64,000 bases of DNA from Armatimonadota bacterium (GCA_039679675.1 JBDKUN010000059.1:51105-115104); one strand, 5' to 3'. Numbered from the stretch's first letter, positions 18,720-28,925 are shown. The notes: a model not told the origin generated them from the sequence alone. Numbers and translations are program-made.

Positions 18720-18987
18720 AGCATTCGTTTTTCCTTGTCACAAGATTAATAAGGACTTGATGAAAGTCCCTCGACAGTTACGCATCCCCCAACCTATCGC
18801 CATTACCCAATTATACAGGTTTTCTTGTACATCTGTAATAAAAAGCACATCCATATTTCCTGCTATTGCCTGTTACGCTAAAGAATATATGAGTATACTC
18901 CTATAATTAAGTCGTCATACAAATGCTTTTCACTATATTGTGAACATTTATCATCTATATTTAATCTTACTTGACCTGGAGTCAGTC

Positions 18988-20553
18988 ATGATGCAAAAGA
19001 TCATTCGCAATGAGGCTTACATCGATACAATCCTAAACTCTATTCAGACTGCTGTCATTACCATAGATGCAGAGACTCACAGAATCGTTGATGTCAATCC
19101 TGCCGCCGTAGAGATGATTCAGACTCCTATAGAATCTATAATTGGGTCCGAATGTCATAAATTCATCTGTCCGGCAGAAAAAGGCAAGTGCCCGGTAACA
19201 GATTTGGGACATACTATAGACCGCTTATCAGAGCGCGTCTGTCTGAAGTCCGACGGGACCCAAATTCCCATCCTGAAAACAGTTGTGCCCGTCGTAATGG
19301 ATGGACACAAATATCTGATCGAGAACTTTATAGACATTTCAGAGCAAAAAGAGGCTGAAAATAAGATGCGGCTCGCCAAGGAAGCAGCTGAAGCCGCTAA
19401 TAAGGCCAAAAGCGAGTTCCTCGCTAACATGAGCCATGAAATCCGCACCCCCATGAACGCTATCATCGGTATGACTTACCTGGCCTTGGGTACTGAACTT
19501 AACGATGAACAGCGTGAGTATCTCGAAGATGTACGAATATCGGCAGATTCGCTTCTGTCTCTATTGAATGACATCCTAGACTTTTCTAAGATCGAAGCCA
19601 TGAAGATCGAGATAAACCCAACTGAGTTCTCTCTCTGCGATACGCTTAAGAATATCATCTCTAATCTTACTGTAAAGGCTCATGAGAAGGGTCTGGAATT
19701 GTCGTGCAGGATTTCTCCCGATGTGCCGAACCATATTATTGGAGACTCTCTGCGTCTCAGGCAAGTTCTAGTAAACTTTATTGATAACGGCATCAAATTC
19801 ACCGAACACGGCAAAGTAAATATAGATGTAGAAATCGAATCCACATCCAGTGATGAGATAATTCTTCATTTCGCGGTATCAGACGACGGTATCGGAATAT
19901 CTCCTGATAAACATAACCGAATATTCCTTGCATTCGAACAGGCTGACAGCTCCACAACGAGAAAATACGGCGGTACAGGGCTTGGCCTTGCCATAGCATC
20001 CAATTTGATACGGATGATGGGCGGACGTGTATGGCTGGAAAGCACTCCCGGAAGCGGCTCCACATTCCATTTCACATCCATATTCAAATTGCCGTATGAT
20101 AATCCACAAGCTGCAAAGCCTGCCGTCAGTATAAATAATGCTGCACCCATTCCCAATCGCAGTCTTCGAATCCTTTTAGCTGAAGACAACATAATTAATC
20201 AAAGGCTTGCTAAGGGCCTACTGGAAAAACGCGGCCATTCAGTAACTATTGCAGGGAACGGACAGGAAGCGCTTATCCTTTTAGGCAGCGGAGAGTTTGA
20301 CCTGGTCCTTATGGATGTTCAGATGCCGGTAATGGATGGGTTTGAAGCAACCGCGCACATTCGCTCCAGTGAAAAAGACACCGGCAAACATATGCCTATA
20401 GTTGCAATGACTGCCAATGCGATGAAAGGTGACAAGGAACGTTGTCTGGAAGCCGGTATGGATGCCTATACCTCAAAGCCTATTGAAGCAGCTGAGCTGA
20501 TAAAAACAATAGAAGATATGACTACAACTGATACTAATTGTGCGGCTGCGTAG
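18988..20553 (+). CDS. PAS-containing hybrid sensor histidine kinase / response regulator
   Basis: PAS domain, then H-box [18 protein letters not shown] boxes ([22 protein letters not shown]) and a C-terminal receiver (LLAEDN...[14 protein letters not shown]...TANA). No TM segment. Confidence 0.9.
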   Translation: MMQKIIRNEAYIDTILNSIQTAVITIDAETHRIVDVNPAAVEMIQTPIESIIGSECHKFICPAEKGKCPVTDLGHTIDRLSERVCLKSDGTQIPILKTVVPVVMDGHKYLIENFIDISEQKEAENKMRLAKEAAEAANKAKSEFLANMSHEIRTPMNAIIGMTYLALGTELNDEQREYLEDVRISADSLLSLLNDILDFSKIEAMKIEINPTEFSLCDTLKNIISNLTVKAHEKGLELSCRISPDVPNHIIGDSLRLRQVLVNFIDNGIKFTEHGKVNIDVEIESTSSDEIILHFAVSDDGIGISPDKHNRIFLAFEQADSSTTRKYGGTGLGLAIASNLIRMMGGRVWLESTPGSGSTFHFTSIFKLPYDNPQAAKPAVSINNAAPIPNRSLRILLAEDNIINQRLAKGLLEKRGHSVTIAGNGQEALILLGSGEFDLVLMDVQMPVMDGFEATAHIRSSEKDTGKHMPIVAMTANAMKGDKERCLEAGMDAYTSKPIEAAELIKTIEDMTTTDTNCAAA

Positions 20554-20582
20554 TTTCGAATATTTGGGGAATAGAGAAACTA

Positions 20583-20616
20583 CATGCTTCGGGACGGTAA
20601 TTCGTCCCGAAGCATG
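20583..20616. repeat. REP-like palindrome, probably acting as terminator between convergent genes
   Basis: CATGCTTCGGGAC-ggtaattc-GTCCCGAAGCATG (13-bp stem). Confidence 0.7.
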
Positions 20617-20628
20617 AATTATTTATTC

Positions 20629-21486
20629 TTATTCGGATGGCTGCGGTACTTGTATTATTTTGATAACCTCAGGATCCATAAAGTCTATTCCTGCTGCCAA
20701 TGTACTAAGAGCATCGCTCGGAAGGCTGACTGCCAACTGCGGATTATGTGGACCACGCAAATACAATGTCTTTTCTTTTGCATCATAGCTCGATACGGAC
20801 AGGCTGCGGGTTCCCCCGTCGAAGAGTTGAGCATACTTCGTGAGCGTTTCCTCATTTGGCTCGACTAATGTTACTACACAGGGCCGCTTCGGATGCCCGT
20901 TCTGGTTGAAATCTTTGATCAGCCTTGTTATCCCATCCGCAAGCGCTTTACCATTTTCCTGCTGATTATCGTAAATCACCCAGTTGCCGGTACCGACGTA
21001 CTGCCGGAAATCCGCTTTTCCATAGCTGAGTTTAGCTGTGACTGGATCATAACCTCCGCTCCGCTTGCTGACTGCAAGAGAGAAGATATTTATCAGATTA
21101 TCCGGTTTCCCAAAGGAAAATCCGTTAGCTATTGATTTGTTCATCTCCGGTTTTGCTACGAATGTCTGCCGGCCGCCTAGCATTACTGCCCAACCACCAG
21201 CTCTTGGCGTGATCGCAGCTTTGAACGCTGCCGGATCGGTCTCGGCAAATGCCAGCGTATGCGAATATATAGCTTCAATATCCGATTTAGCCTGTTTGAA
21301 ACTGCCGGTCATTGCATTGAAGTCCGGTTTCTGGGCAACAACTGAAGCACTCAACAAAAGAACCACAAAAAGCAATCCAATTCCGATACAGATAGTTTTA
21401 AGTCTCAAAAGATAACCTCCGTCCGCCGGAAAGCCCGGATAATAACTATATTTATATGACTCAGCTTTACTCGCATTATTGCTCAT
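20629..21486 (-). CDS. hypothetical membrane-anchored/secreted protein
   Basis: 285-aa ORF with one TM/signal anchor (ICIGIGLLFVVLLLSASVVA). No family recognised. Confidence 0.55.
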   Translation of the reverse strand: MSNNASKAESYKYSYYPGFPADGGYLLRLKTICIGIGLLFVVLLLSASVVAQKPDFNAMTGSFKQAKSDIEAIYSHTLAFAETDPAAFKAAITPRAGGWAVMLGGRQTFVAKPEMNKSIANGFSFGKPDNLINIFSLAVSKRSGGYDPVTAKLSYGKADFRQYVGTGNWVIYDNQQENGKALADGITRLIKDFNQNGHPKRPCVVTLVEPNEETLTKYAQLFDGGTRSLSVSSYDAKEKTLYLRGPHNPQLAVSLPSDALSTLAAGIDFMDPEVIKIIQVPQPSE

Positions 21487-21582
21487 GCTGCAAATTCTTG
21501 ACTCTGATACCTATCTGAAGGGATAATCTTTAAAAGATACACGATATGAATTATCCAACTTTACAGAAAAGGGATTTCACCT

Positions 21583-22692
21583 ATGTTCACCCATAAGCTG
21601 ACTGACGATGCCGAACTGAGACTGATTGAACCGAGAAATGCTGAGGAATTGTTCTTACAGATAGACCGGAACCGTGAGCGTCTCAGCCAGTGGATGACCT
21701 TCGTCGACAAGGCAGGATCTGTAGATGCAGAACGAGTTTTCGCCAAAAGAGGATTGCATCAATTTGCAGACGGTGAAGGCTTCCACTGCGATATTATGCT
21801 TAAAGGGAAGATTGTGGGCGGCATCGGAATGATGCCAGTGAACGTTTGGAATCGTTCGACTGAGCTTGGTTACTGGCTGGATGCTGATGCGGAAGGGAAA
21901 GGGCTTGTCACAGCATCCTGCAGGGCTCTTCTGGACCACTGCTTCAACGAGATGAATATAAATCGTGTTACACTCAGAACAGCCTCAGGAAACACTCGCA
22001 GCCAGGCAGTTGCGAAACGCCTTGGCGCCGTTCATGAGTCAACACAACGGCAATCAGCAATACTTCAGAACAAATTGGTTGACATAGAAGTCTTTTCCAT
22101 ACTCAAGAACGAATGGCCTGCAGGTTCTCCTACAGGTCGCGCATTCTTCACGTATAGACTGGACGATAAAACGGAATTAGGGCTCCTTGAACCGATCCAT
22201 TCGAAGGCTGTTTTCGATCTTGTTGACCGCAATCGTGAACACTTGCGCCGCTGGTTTTCTTGGGTGGACGAAACGCAATCAGAAGACGACGCGCTGGCTA
22301 CCCGCAAGAAGCAGCTTCATAATTTTGCTAAAAATGGCTCGATGGCAGCAGGTATCTGGCACTTTGGGAGTCTCGCGGGGCTCATCGGGTTTCATACCCA
22401 CAATGCCAAATGTATGGAGATCGGCTACTGGCTTAGTGAAGAGCACCAAGGCAAGGGGCTTGCCATCTCATCATGCAAGCAACTGATCCGTTATGCATTC
22501 GAAGACCTTCATATAAACCGCATCGAGATACGCGCTGAGCCGGGTAATTCCCGCAGTTGGGCCATACCAAGACGGCTTGGATTCACCTATGAGGGAACAC
22601 TCAGGCAGGCAAGCGTAAGTTCTGATGGAAGCATGGCTGACATGATGGTGTTCTCACTGCTCAAGGATGAATGGGATACCCGACTCGATTAA
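21583..22692 (+). CDS. tandem-domain GNAT (RimJ/RimL-like) N-acetyltransferase
   Basis: Two consecutive modules of about 180 aa each carry a GYWL...GKGL...N.RS..V..RLGF pattern. Confidence 0.75.
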   Translation: MFTHKLTDDAELRLIEPRNAEELFLQIDRNRERLSQWMTFVDKAGSVDAERVFAKRGLHQFADGEGFHCDIMLKGKIVGGIGMMPVNVWNRSTELGYWLDADAEGKGLVTASCRALLDHCFNEMNINRVTLRTASGNTRSQAVAKRLGAVHESTQRQSAILQNKLVDIEVFSILKNEWPAGSPTGRAFFTYRLDDKTELGLLEPIHSKAVFDLVDRNREHLRRWFSWVDETQSEDDALATRKKQLHNFAKNGSMAAGIWHFGSLAGLIGFHTHNAKCMEIGYWLSEEHQGKGLAISSCKQLIRYAFEDLHINRIEIRAEPGNSRSWAIPRRLGFTYEGTLRQASVSSDGSMADMMVFSLLKDEWDTRLD

Positions 22693-22727
22693 TGCGGGAT
22701 TTGTTAATAAAAACGAGCAGGCAGCGG

Positions 22728-22756
22728 TTGACTCAGTATAGCTGGTATGCTATACT
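22728..22756 (+). promoter_or_regulatory. sigma70-like promoter of tRNA-Gln
   Basis: TTGACT, 17-nt spacer, TATACT, ending 17 nt before the tRNA 5' end. Confidence 0.65.
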
Positions 22757-22772
22757 ATGTCGTTACACGCGT

Positions 22773-22848
22773 TGCGGGGTAGTTTAGTTGGCAGAACGCC
22801 TGACTCTGGATCAGGAGGTCCTAGGTTCGAGTCCTAGCCCCGCAGCCA
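22773..22848 (+). tRNA. tRNA-Gln (anticodon CTG), CCA encoded
   Basis: Cloverleaf folded by hand. Acceptor TGCGGGG/CCCCGCA (U1:A72). Anticodon stem CCTGA/TCAGG with loop CTCTGGA. T arm CTAGG-TTCGAGT-CCTAG. Confidence 0.9.
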
Positions 22849-23054
22849 ACAATTTTATATACGCTTTACTGACTTTCTAGCACAATCAACTCCGTCACTC
22901 CATTTACCCATTGTCCTCTCTATTAATCCATTAACAAAGGATTATTCTATAATAATGCAAAAGTAGTTAATAATTCGCTATTATCAGCAATGCAATAGGC
23001 ACAACCAGGACTTAACGAGACCTTTATTGTCCATAGTGCACTGTAATCGGAGGC

Positions 23055-23852
23055 ATGATAAGTATGACAGCAACAGATATTGCAGCATATATTGGGGCTG
23101 CAGCATGGCTACCTCCCATCGCCTATGGGATTTACAGATGGTTAACAAAACCTATTGTCCAAATTGCGCCAGAAATGCAATTTGAGCTTGGATTCACTAA
23201 TTTGGGGCCAATATTCAATATTAGGCTTGCATTATCAGCCTCAAAAATGGATACAATCATCGATAGGATTTGGGTAGAACTCCATCACGAAGGTGGTGAT
23301 ACACATCGTCTTGCTTGGACTGGTATGCGAGAAACATTCAGTGAGATAACTGACTCGGCTGGAAACAAGCAACGGGTAGAGAAAGATCAACCTGCAATTG
23401 CCTTGAAACTGGCAACTCCTCTATTAACGGAAAAAATTATACGCTTCCAGGACTTGGACTTCCATAGTAGATTAAGGCCAATTTTGGGTGCTCTAATAGA
23501 ACATGAAGCATATCTAAAATCGCAAAATGACGATTATCAACAAATCATAATGGCATCAGCGCAAATGTTTAAATTCCTGGAGTTTTACAGAAGTAGTTTC
23601 TGGTGGAAAACCGGTAAATACATTATCCAGTTTGTAATCGAAAGTAGAGATAATGCCATACTTAAGAAGGAAGCTTTCAGTTTTGAGTTGGAGCAATATG
23701 ATGTCGATGCTCTTCAACAAAACGTAAACCTTGTTAAAGTTAATATTGAGAATGCAGTAAAATCCTCGCAACCAGATTTTGAGCCATACAATGTGTCTTG
23801 GGCGTGGCGGATTATTCCACTAGTGAAGAGTGAAGACTCACAAAGCGCATAA
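23055..23852 (+). CDS. hypothetical protein with one N-terminal TM helix
   Basis: AT-richer ORF immediately downstream of tRNA-Gln. GGAGG is better spaced for the second ATG at 23064. No recognisable motif. Confidence 0.55.
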   Translation: MISMTATDIAAYIGAAAWLPPIAYGIYRWLTKPIVQIAPEMQFELGFTNLGPIFNIRLALSASKMDTIIDRIWVELHHEGGDTHRLAWTGMRETFSEITDSAGNKQRVEKDQPAIALKLATPLLTEKIIRFQDLDFHSRLRPILGALIEHEAYLKSQNDDYQQIIMASAQMFKFLEFYRSSFWWKTGKYIIQFVIESRDNAILKKEAFSFELEQYDVDALQQNVNLVKVNIENAVKSSQPDFEPYNVSWAWRIIPLVKSEDSQSA

Positions 23853-23940
23853 ATAATCGTGATTTTGGGATCCTTCGGTACGCTTTTTTGCACCTTTTCG
23901 CCGAAGTGGACTTTCTGTATTAGTAATAACTCGTGCTTCT

Positions 23941-23966
23941 CCATGTGGTCCAGTGGGACCACATGG
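23941..23966. repeat. perfect 11-bp hairpin
   Basis: CCATGTGGTCC-agtg-GGACCACATGG. Confidence 0.8.
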
Positions 23967-24003
23967 TATGTAGGACGAACTTGCGTTCCCGAAGTATTGG
24001 GTT

Positions 24004-24049
24004 CTCGACACCTGCGGTGAATGCTTCGGCAGCAAGCAGTCCGAAGCAA
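24004..24049. repeat. REP-like element, homologous to 48316..48361
   Basis: CTCGACACCTgCGG...GCTTCGG-cagcaagcagt-CCGAAGCAA. I count about 38 of 47 positions identical to the 48316 copy. Confidence 0.7.
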
Positions 24050-24224
24050 GGTTTCCATTTGCAATATCCGTCAAATCCACGTCTCCGCGTTTCAGAAACT
24101 GACTGTTGACGGCTAATAGCTGATACTATCTCCACCTAAAGACCTCCCAATGCTCCTCCAATAATACTAGTAGTTTCACTTGGAAAATATGGATATTATC
24201 CAGAGAAAGAATAAGGAGTAGTAT

Positions 24225-25262
24225 ATGGGAATACGATTCAAAGTTGCATTTTACCTTTGCCTGACGATCTTGCTTTCATTGTCATTAACCGGTTGCGGCG
24301 GCGGCAGTTCATCGTCCTCTACTGGTATCGGTGTTGAAGCAGTCGGCACACTGACCAGTGATAGAAGCCGGGCACTGGACCCTGCTATATGCACTCAATT
24401 CAACCCAAACTATCCTGACTGCTACCAAATACCGAGAAGTTATCAGGTCGCGGTGTCGAAGCTGGAACTTCTTAAGGGCGAAAATGATACAACGCCGTAC
24501 GTCGTATTCGACAAAGGCGGAGTGGATAATGCTGAGCTCATCGATCTTACTGCCGGAAGCGCATCCCTCGGTGCAAACAATGAATATCCGGCAACCGGCA
24601 CATATACACATGTCCGCATGACCCTGGCATATTCTCAGTTTGAGATCAAGATCGATCTCGGCGGTAACAGCACCTATGACTACCGCAAGTTCAGGTTGTA
24701 CACAAGCACTGTCGGTAACGTCCATGACGGCGACCTGATCATGCAGGATAACAACGACTGGTGCTGGATGGTCGGCAGTGAAGCAGGTCTTTCTCTGCCT
24801 TCTACAACAGGTGATAGACCGGAACAAGTCGTCGCTCAGACATTCGAGACTTCTCTAGGCAAGATCACCGAAGATAACATCATTCACGATTTCTTCTTCT
24901 CGAAAGATACATCGGACTCTCCTGACCCTTATATCCAGGTCATACAGCTAACTTCGCCTATAGTCGTCCCAGCGAACCCGACAGGCAAGTTCAGCATCAA
25001 TGTGAACTTCGATATCACCAAAAGCCCACTTATTTCTGGCTCCACGGGGACTTTCTTCTGGGATGATGTCCAAAACGATGACCACCCTAGCGGTGACGGC
25101 ATTTTCAGACCCGGCAGAAGCTGGGGACAGACCGATGCAGGCAGCGAGACAGGTACCAGCGGTGATCAGACTCCGCAGCTTGCACCCGCGTATGATTCCT
25201 TCGGGACTCCGTTCTGGTGTCCGCTCCCGCCCACCGTTTCGGTGAGTCTGCAATCAGACTAG
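24225..25262 (+). CDS. hypothetical lipoprotein
   Basis: AAGGAG RBS, a lipobox LSLTGC followed by a Gly/Ser-rich linker, then beta-rich sequence. Confidence 0.65.
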   Translation: MGIRFKVAFYLCLTILLSLSLTGCGGGSSSSSTGIGVEAVGTLTSDRSRALDPAICTQFNPNYPDCYQIPRSYQVAVSKLELLKGENDTTPYVVFDKGGVDNAELIDLTAGSASLGANNEYPATGTYTHVRMTLAYSQFEIKIDLGGNSTYDYRKFRLYTSTVGNVHDGDLIMQDNNDWCWMVGSEAGLSLPSTTGDRPEQVVAQTFETSLGKITEDNIIHDFFFSKDTSDSPDPYIQVIQLTSPIVVPANPTGKFSINVNFDITKSPLISGSTGTFFWDDVQNDDHPSGDGIFRPGRSWGQTDAGSETGTSGDQTPQLAPAYDSFGTPFWCPLPPTVSVSLQSD

Positions 25263-25434
25263 AAGCAATACCTTTTCAAAGATGCGCCGATGCCAATTAA
25301 CCTGCACCGGCGCATCCCATACCCCTCTCCAATGCACCAATTCTTGTTCTCTTCTCCCGATCTGTTGCCTCCACGCTTGACATAGCAGCTTCGCTGGGGG
25401 AAAATAGACTCTGCCATATTATGATTATTGCGAG

Positions 25435-28278
25435 ATGACAAACTATATGACTGATTATCTTAAAAACGCGACAAATATCCACGGCCCTGTTCCATTCTGG
25501 TTTATCAATGGGCACATAACCCAAGATGAAATATCTTCTGAATTCGATGAAATGCGCTCCAAGGGCATGTTTGAAGTAATTGTCCATCCCCGTTATGGAT
25601 TGACTGTAGATTACCTTTCTGAAGACTGGTTCCGTATCTTCGGCTGGTGCGTCGAGGAAGCAAAAGCCAGAGATATGCATCTCTGGATCTATGACGAGCT
25701 GAACTGGCCGAGCGGCACTGCAGGAATGACCGTACAGCTTGCAGACCCGCAGTTTATGGGGAAATATCTGGCCGTTAGCGCAGTCCCTAAGGCCGAGATC
25801 GACCTTGCTGCTTTTGAGCCGGGACAATTTCTGATGGCAGCTAAAATGCAGAGCGGAAGAATCACGAAAACCAAGATGCTCGCTGACCGCCATGCCATCA
25901 AACTACTGGATGATACATGGCATATCTTCAATTGCCATATCAAGCGGGATAAATATTACATAGACACGCTTTCAAAAGCCGCCGTAGACTTCTTCAAAGA
26001 ACGCACCCACGAGGAATATTTCAAACGCTTCGGCGATGAGTTCGGCAAAACGATCCGTGCCGCTTTTACTGACGAGCCGAGCATCTACTGGGTCTCCGTT
26101 GGTTACGACGACTGGAACCTTCCTTACACAGAGAAACTTTTCCAATCTTTTGAGGATAAATACCACTACTCGGCGATAGGTAATATACCTTACCTGTTCT
26201 TCCCAGGTGACGACGCGCCATCATTCAGAGCTGATTTCTGGGAGCATGTAGCTTACCTGTTCAATACCAACTATCACGGTAATCTCGCACAGTGGAGCAG
26301 GGAGCATAATCTCATCTATACCGGGCACAATAACTGTGAAGAGCCGCTCAGGTATCAGATCAGGTTCGAAGGCGATATGTTCGGCACTATGAAGACAATG
26401 GACATTCCCGGTGTAGACCATCTCCGCAAAGCTACACTCGGCAACTCGTTCATCTCGGTAATCGGGCACAAAATCGCATCCTCCCAAGCACATGCCGCCG
26501 GTAAACCGCGCGTCATGTCTGAATCGTTCGGTATTACAGACTGGGATGTGCATTTCATTGATCTCAAGAAAATCGTCGATTGGCAGTTTGCTCTCGGCGT
26601 GAACCTGCTTGTCCCGCACGCACTTTTCCACACTGTAGCCGGACCAATGAAGAGGGAAAGCCCTCCATCTTTCTTCTTCCAGTCGCCCATGTGGCAGGAT
26701 TTCGATGCGTTTTCGGATTATGTAGAACGGCTTTCCCAACTGCTGACCGGCGGCAGGCATATAAGCAAGATACTAATGCTCTACCCGCTGACAGGATTGC
26801 ACGCGTCGTATCAAACGGATAGAAAGACACCGGAGTTCGAGTGTATTGATAACATCCTGAACTCCATTTGTGTTGAGCTGATAAAACACCATCTCGATTT
26901 CGACCTGGTGGACTTCCCCACCCTTTCAACTGCCGGAATGGAAAACGGCAAGCTAACTCTGGGGGATGAACAATATGATCTTTTGATCGTCCCGTATACG
27001 CCGTATATGCGTCCTGCCGAGTATCAAGAAATCAGTGACATTGCAAAGCAGGTTGAAACGTATTTCTTCTATCGTTCCGGCGATCCGATGGAAGTAAACA
27101 ACCCAAGCACCTCGAACGGCGTCAATTTCGTCACTACAGAAGACCTGCCTGCGTTCGTAATGAGGCTCAGGCACTCTATTGACGACGGCATACACCTCCT
27201 GGGCGATGACAGGGAAGACATTATGCTCCTTCAGCGGCAGAAAGACGGTAAAAACATCGCTTTTATGATCAACAGATGCGAGAATCCGCGCGATATTACC
27301 GCCAGGTTTACCGGAAACGTCGGACTCAGGCAGATCGAGCTGGAGACAGGGGTGTCCAGGACTATAGACAGCAGCTTCGTGGACGGCAAGACCGAGGCTT
27401 CGCTTCACTTTGGCCCATACCAATCATTTGTAATCACCGAGGAGGAGCCGTCTAGCCTTCAGAAAGAAGCTAAGTTGACCAAAGCATCAGAGATCACACT
27501 GGATAAGCTCGCGTTTGAAACCAGCGAGAACGTCGCACTAATCTTTGATTTCGATTATATCCCTTCCGGGCACAGGATCGACGTCCGCAGGAACGCTAGG
27601 TGCATTCCAGTCAATTGGGTGACACCTCCTGATCCCACACGATTTGCCGGTGAATACGCCACAAGCTTTAACGTCGAAGGCGACCCTGGTGAAGTCCGAT
27701 TTGTGCTCGATATCGACTACGCAGTATGCCAGGTGTACGTAAACGATGCCGAAGTGACGCTCTATCCGACACAGAAGTGGATGACTGACCCGTCAGACCT
27801 GTCGGCAAATATCACTTCTCTCATCAAAGAGGGATTGAACACCGTCCGAGTCATCTCCCCCACCCAACTCTCGGAGCCGGTCAGGATGGTCGGGGATTTC
27901 GATGTGTTTTTAGGCGATTCGCTTACAATAAAACCGAAAGAAGCACGTGACTCGTTCCATCTGGAAGAAAGAATGCCTTTTTACTCCGGAACAGTCGTTT
28001 ACACAACGGATTTCGAGCTAAAAGAGCACAACGGCAAAGTTGAGCTTTACCTGGAAGATGTCGCAGATTCTGCAACTGTCTATGTAAACGGTGAATGTGC
28101 AGGAAAACGACTCTGGGCTGGATATACCTTCGACATTACGAAGTTCGTAAAGTCTGGAAACAACCAACTTAAGATCGAGACACGCGGCAATCTGGCAAAC
28201 ACCATGATGGGCAGACGTCAACCCCAACCGTTCGGGTTGAGAGTGCAGCCGAAGGTGGTTCTGTGGGATATTGAGTAG
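25435..28278 (+). CDS. large putative glycoside hydrolase with C-terminal galactose-binding-like jelly-roll domain
   Basis: 947-aa cytoplasmic-type ORF. The C-terminal segment (VYVNGECAGKRLWAGYTFDITKFVKSGNNQLKIE) resembles sugar-binding jelly-roll domains of GH2-like enzymes. The exact GH family cannot be determined by eye. Confidence 0.6.
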   Translation: MTNYMTDYLKNATNIHGPVPFWFINGHITQDEISSEFDEMRSKGMFEVIVHPRYGLTVDYLSEDWFRIFGWCVEEAKARDMHLWIYDELNWPSGTAGMTVQLADPQFMGKYLAVSAVPKAEIDLAAFEPGQFLMAAKMQSGRITKTKMLADRHAIKLLDDTWHIFNCHIKRDKYYIDTLSKAAVDFFKERTHEEYFKRFGDEFGKTIRAAFTDEPSIYWVSVGYDDWNLPYTEKLFQSFEDKYHYSAIGNIPYLFFPGDDAPSFRADFWEHVAYLFNTNYHGNLAQWSREHNLIYTGHNNCEEPLRYQIRFEGDMFGTMKTMDIPGVDHLRKATLGNSFISVIGHKIASSQAHAAGKPRVMSESFGITDWDVHFIDLKKIVDWQFALGVNLLVPHALFHTVAGPMKRESPPSFFFQSPMWQDFDAFSDYVERLSQLLTGGRHISKILMLYPLTGLHASYQTDRKTPEFECIDNILNSICVELIKHHLDFDLVDFPTLSTAGMENGKLTLGDEQYDLLIVPYTPYMRPAEYQEISDIAKQVETYFFYRSGDPMEVNNPSTSNGVNFVTTEDLPAFVMRLRHSIDDGIHLLGDDREDIMLLQRQKDGKNIAFMINRCENPRDITARFTGNVGLRQIELETGVSRTIDSSFVDGKTEASLHFGPYQSFVITEEEPSSLQKEAKLTKASEITLDKLAFETSENVALIFDFDYIPSGHRIDVRRNARCIPVNWVTPPDPTRFAGEYATSFNVEGDPGEVRFVLDIDYAVCQVYVNDAEVTLYPTQKWMTDPSDLSANITSLIKEGLNTVRVISPTQLSEPVRMVGDFDVFLGDSLTIKPKEARDSFHLEERMPFYSGTVVYTTDFELKEHNGKVELYLEDVADSATVYVNGECAGKRLWAGYTFDITKFVKSGNNQLKIETRGNLANTMMGRRQPQPFGLRVQPKVVLWDIE

Positions 28279-28283
28279 TTGAA

Positions 28284-28393
28284 CCGCGGAGACGCGGAGG
28301 GTGGAGATTTACAGCATTTGCTTTTATGCTACGAGTCTCCACCAATCTCCTTTCGCGTCTTTCGCGCTCCTTCGCGTAATTCGCGATTCAGAA
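28284..28393. repeat. imperfect palindromic element ending in phased TTCGCG units (repeat copy A)
   Basis: Left arm CGCGGAGACGCGGAGGGTGGAGA, inner hairpin AGCAT..ATGCT, right arm TCTCCACCAATCTCCTTTCGCGTCTTTCGCGCTCCTTCGCGTAATTCGCGATTCAGAA. TTCGCG recurs 4 times at 9-10 nt spacing. Confidence 0.75.
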
Positions 28394-28424
28394 AATAAAA
28401 AAGCCGGGACTCTGCACCCCGGCT
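28392..28424 (-). terminator. intrinsic terminator of the 28432 gene
   Basis: On the minus strand, AGCCGGG-gtgcagagt-CCCGGCT followed by TTTTTTATTTT. Confidence 0.7.
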
Positions 28425-28431
28425 GAAGCCA

Positions 28432-28851
28432 TTATTTTATCTTGTCATATACTTTATCGTAATCAGGTGAATTTGTTAAGTGGGTCTCTTCTCTTGACCC
28501 GTACGGCCAAAGCGAATATAACTCTTTTGGAACTCTGAGAGGTGAAGGCGCATGAAATTGATCTAGTTCCAGTATATTCCTAAACTCTACTTGAAACTGA
28601 CTAGTCCCCTGCTCAAGAGTTCTCCACCTACCTCTCAACACTACCGTCTTACCATTATACGGCACATATGTCTGCACAAAAGTCCTATCACTCTTTAACT
28701 CGATAGTCTCTGTTCCGTAATCAAGAGTGATCTTGTATTTACCATACAAGTCGGATTCTTTCAGGTCTTTTGCACCATTGCTACATCCTGTCAAAAACGT
28801 GCATAGGATGGATACCACTACAAACCACCCCAAAAGGTATTTTCGTATCAC
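28432..28851 (-). CDS. small hypothetical lipoprotein
   Basis: GTG start with AAGAGGA 4 nt upstream. Lipobox FLTGC. AT-richer than the flanks. Confidence 0.6.
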   Translation of the reverse strand: MIRKYLLGWFVVVSILCTFLTGCSNGAKDLKESDLYGKYKITLDYGTETIELKSDRTFVQTYVPYNGKTVVLRGRWRTLEQGTSQFQVEFRNILELDQFHAPSPLRVPKELYSLWPYGSREETHLTNSPDYDKVYDKIK

Positions 28852-28925
28852 TTTATCCTCTTTTCGCCGTATGTGAGCAGATTCTATTGTATCGGGCTCA
28901 ATACCAGCCTAACTCCGAAGGGTAG

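Noticed and set aside
18346-18987. Expected dnaK/dnaJ downstream of grpE
   Set aside because: The region contains a strong terminator, a convergent 100-aa membrane ORF and the histidine-kinase promoter region. There is no Hsp70-like frame on either strand.
23853-24224. Possible RNase P RNA, tmRNA, group II intron domain or retron ncRNA in the structured spacer
   Set aside because: The minus strand has ACAGAAAGTCC, reminiscent of the RNase P GAGGAAAGUCC box. The rest of the conserved P4/J11-12 sequence is absent, as are the tmRNA tRNA-like ends and the intron domain V consensus. No reverse transcriptase gene is nearby.
22849-24224. Integrated mobile element at tRNA-Gln (and likewise 52056-53548 at tRNA-Leu)
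   Set aside because: There is no integrase, excisionase or transposase gene, and I found no direct repeat of the tRNA 3' end at the distal border. I describe these only as compositionally atypical islets.
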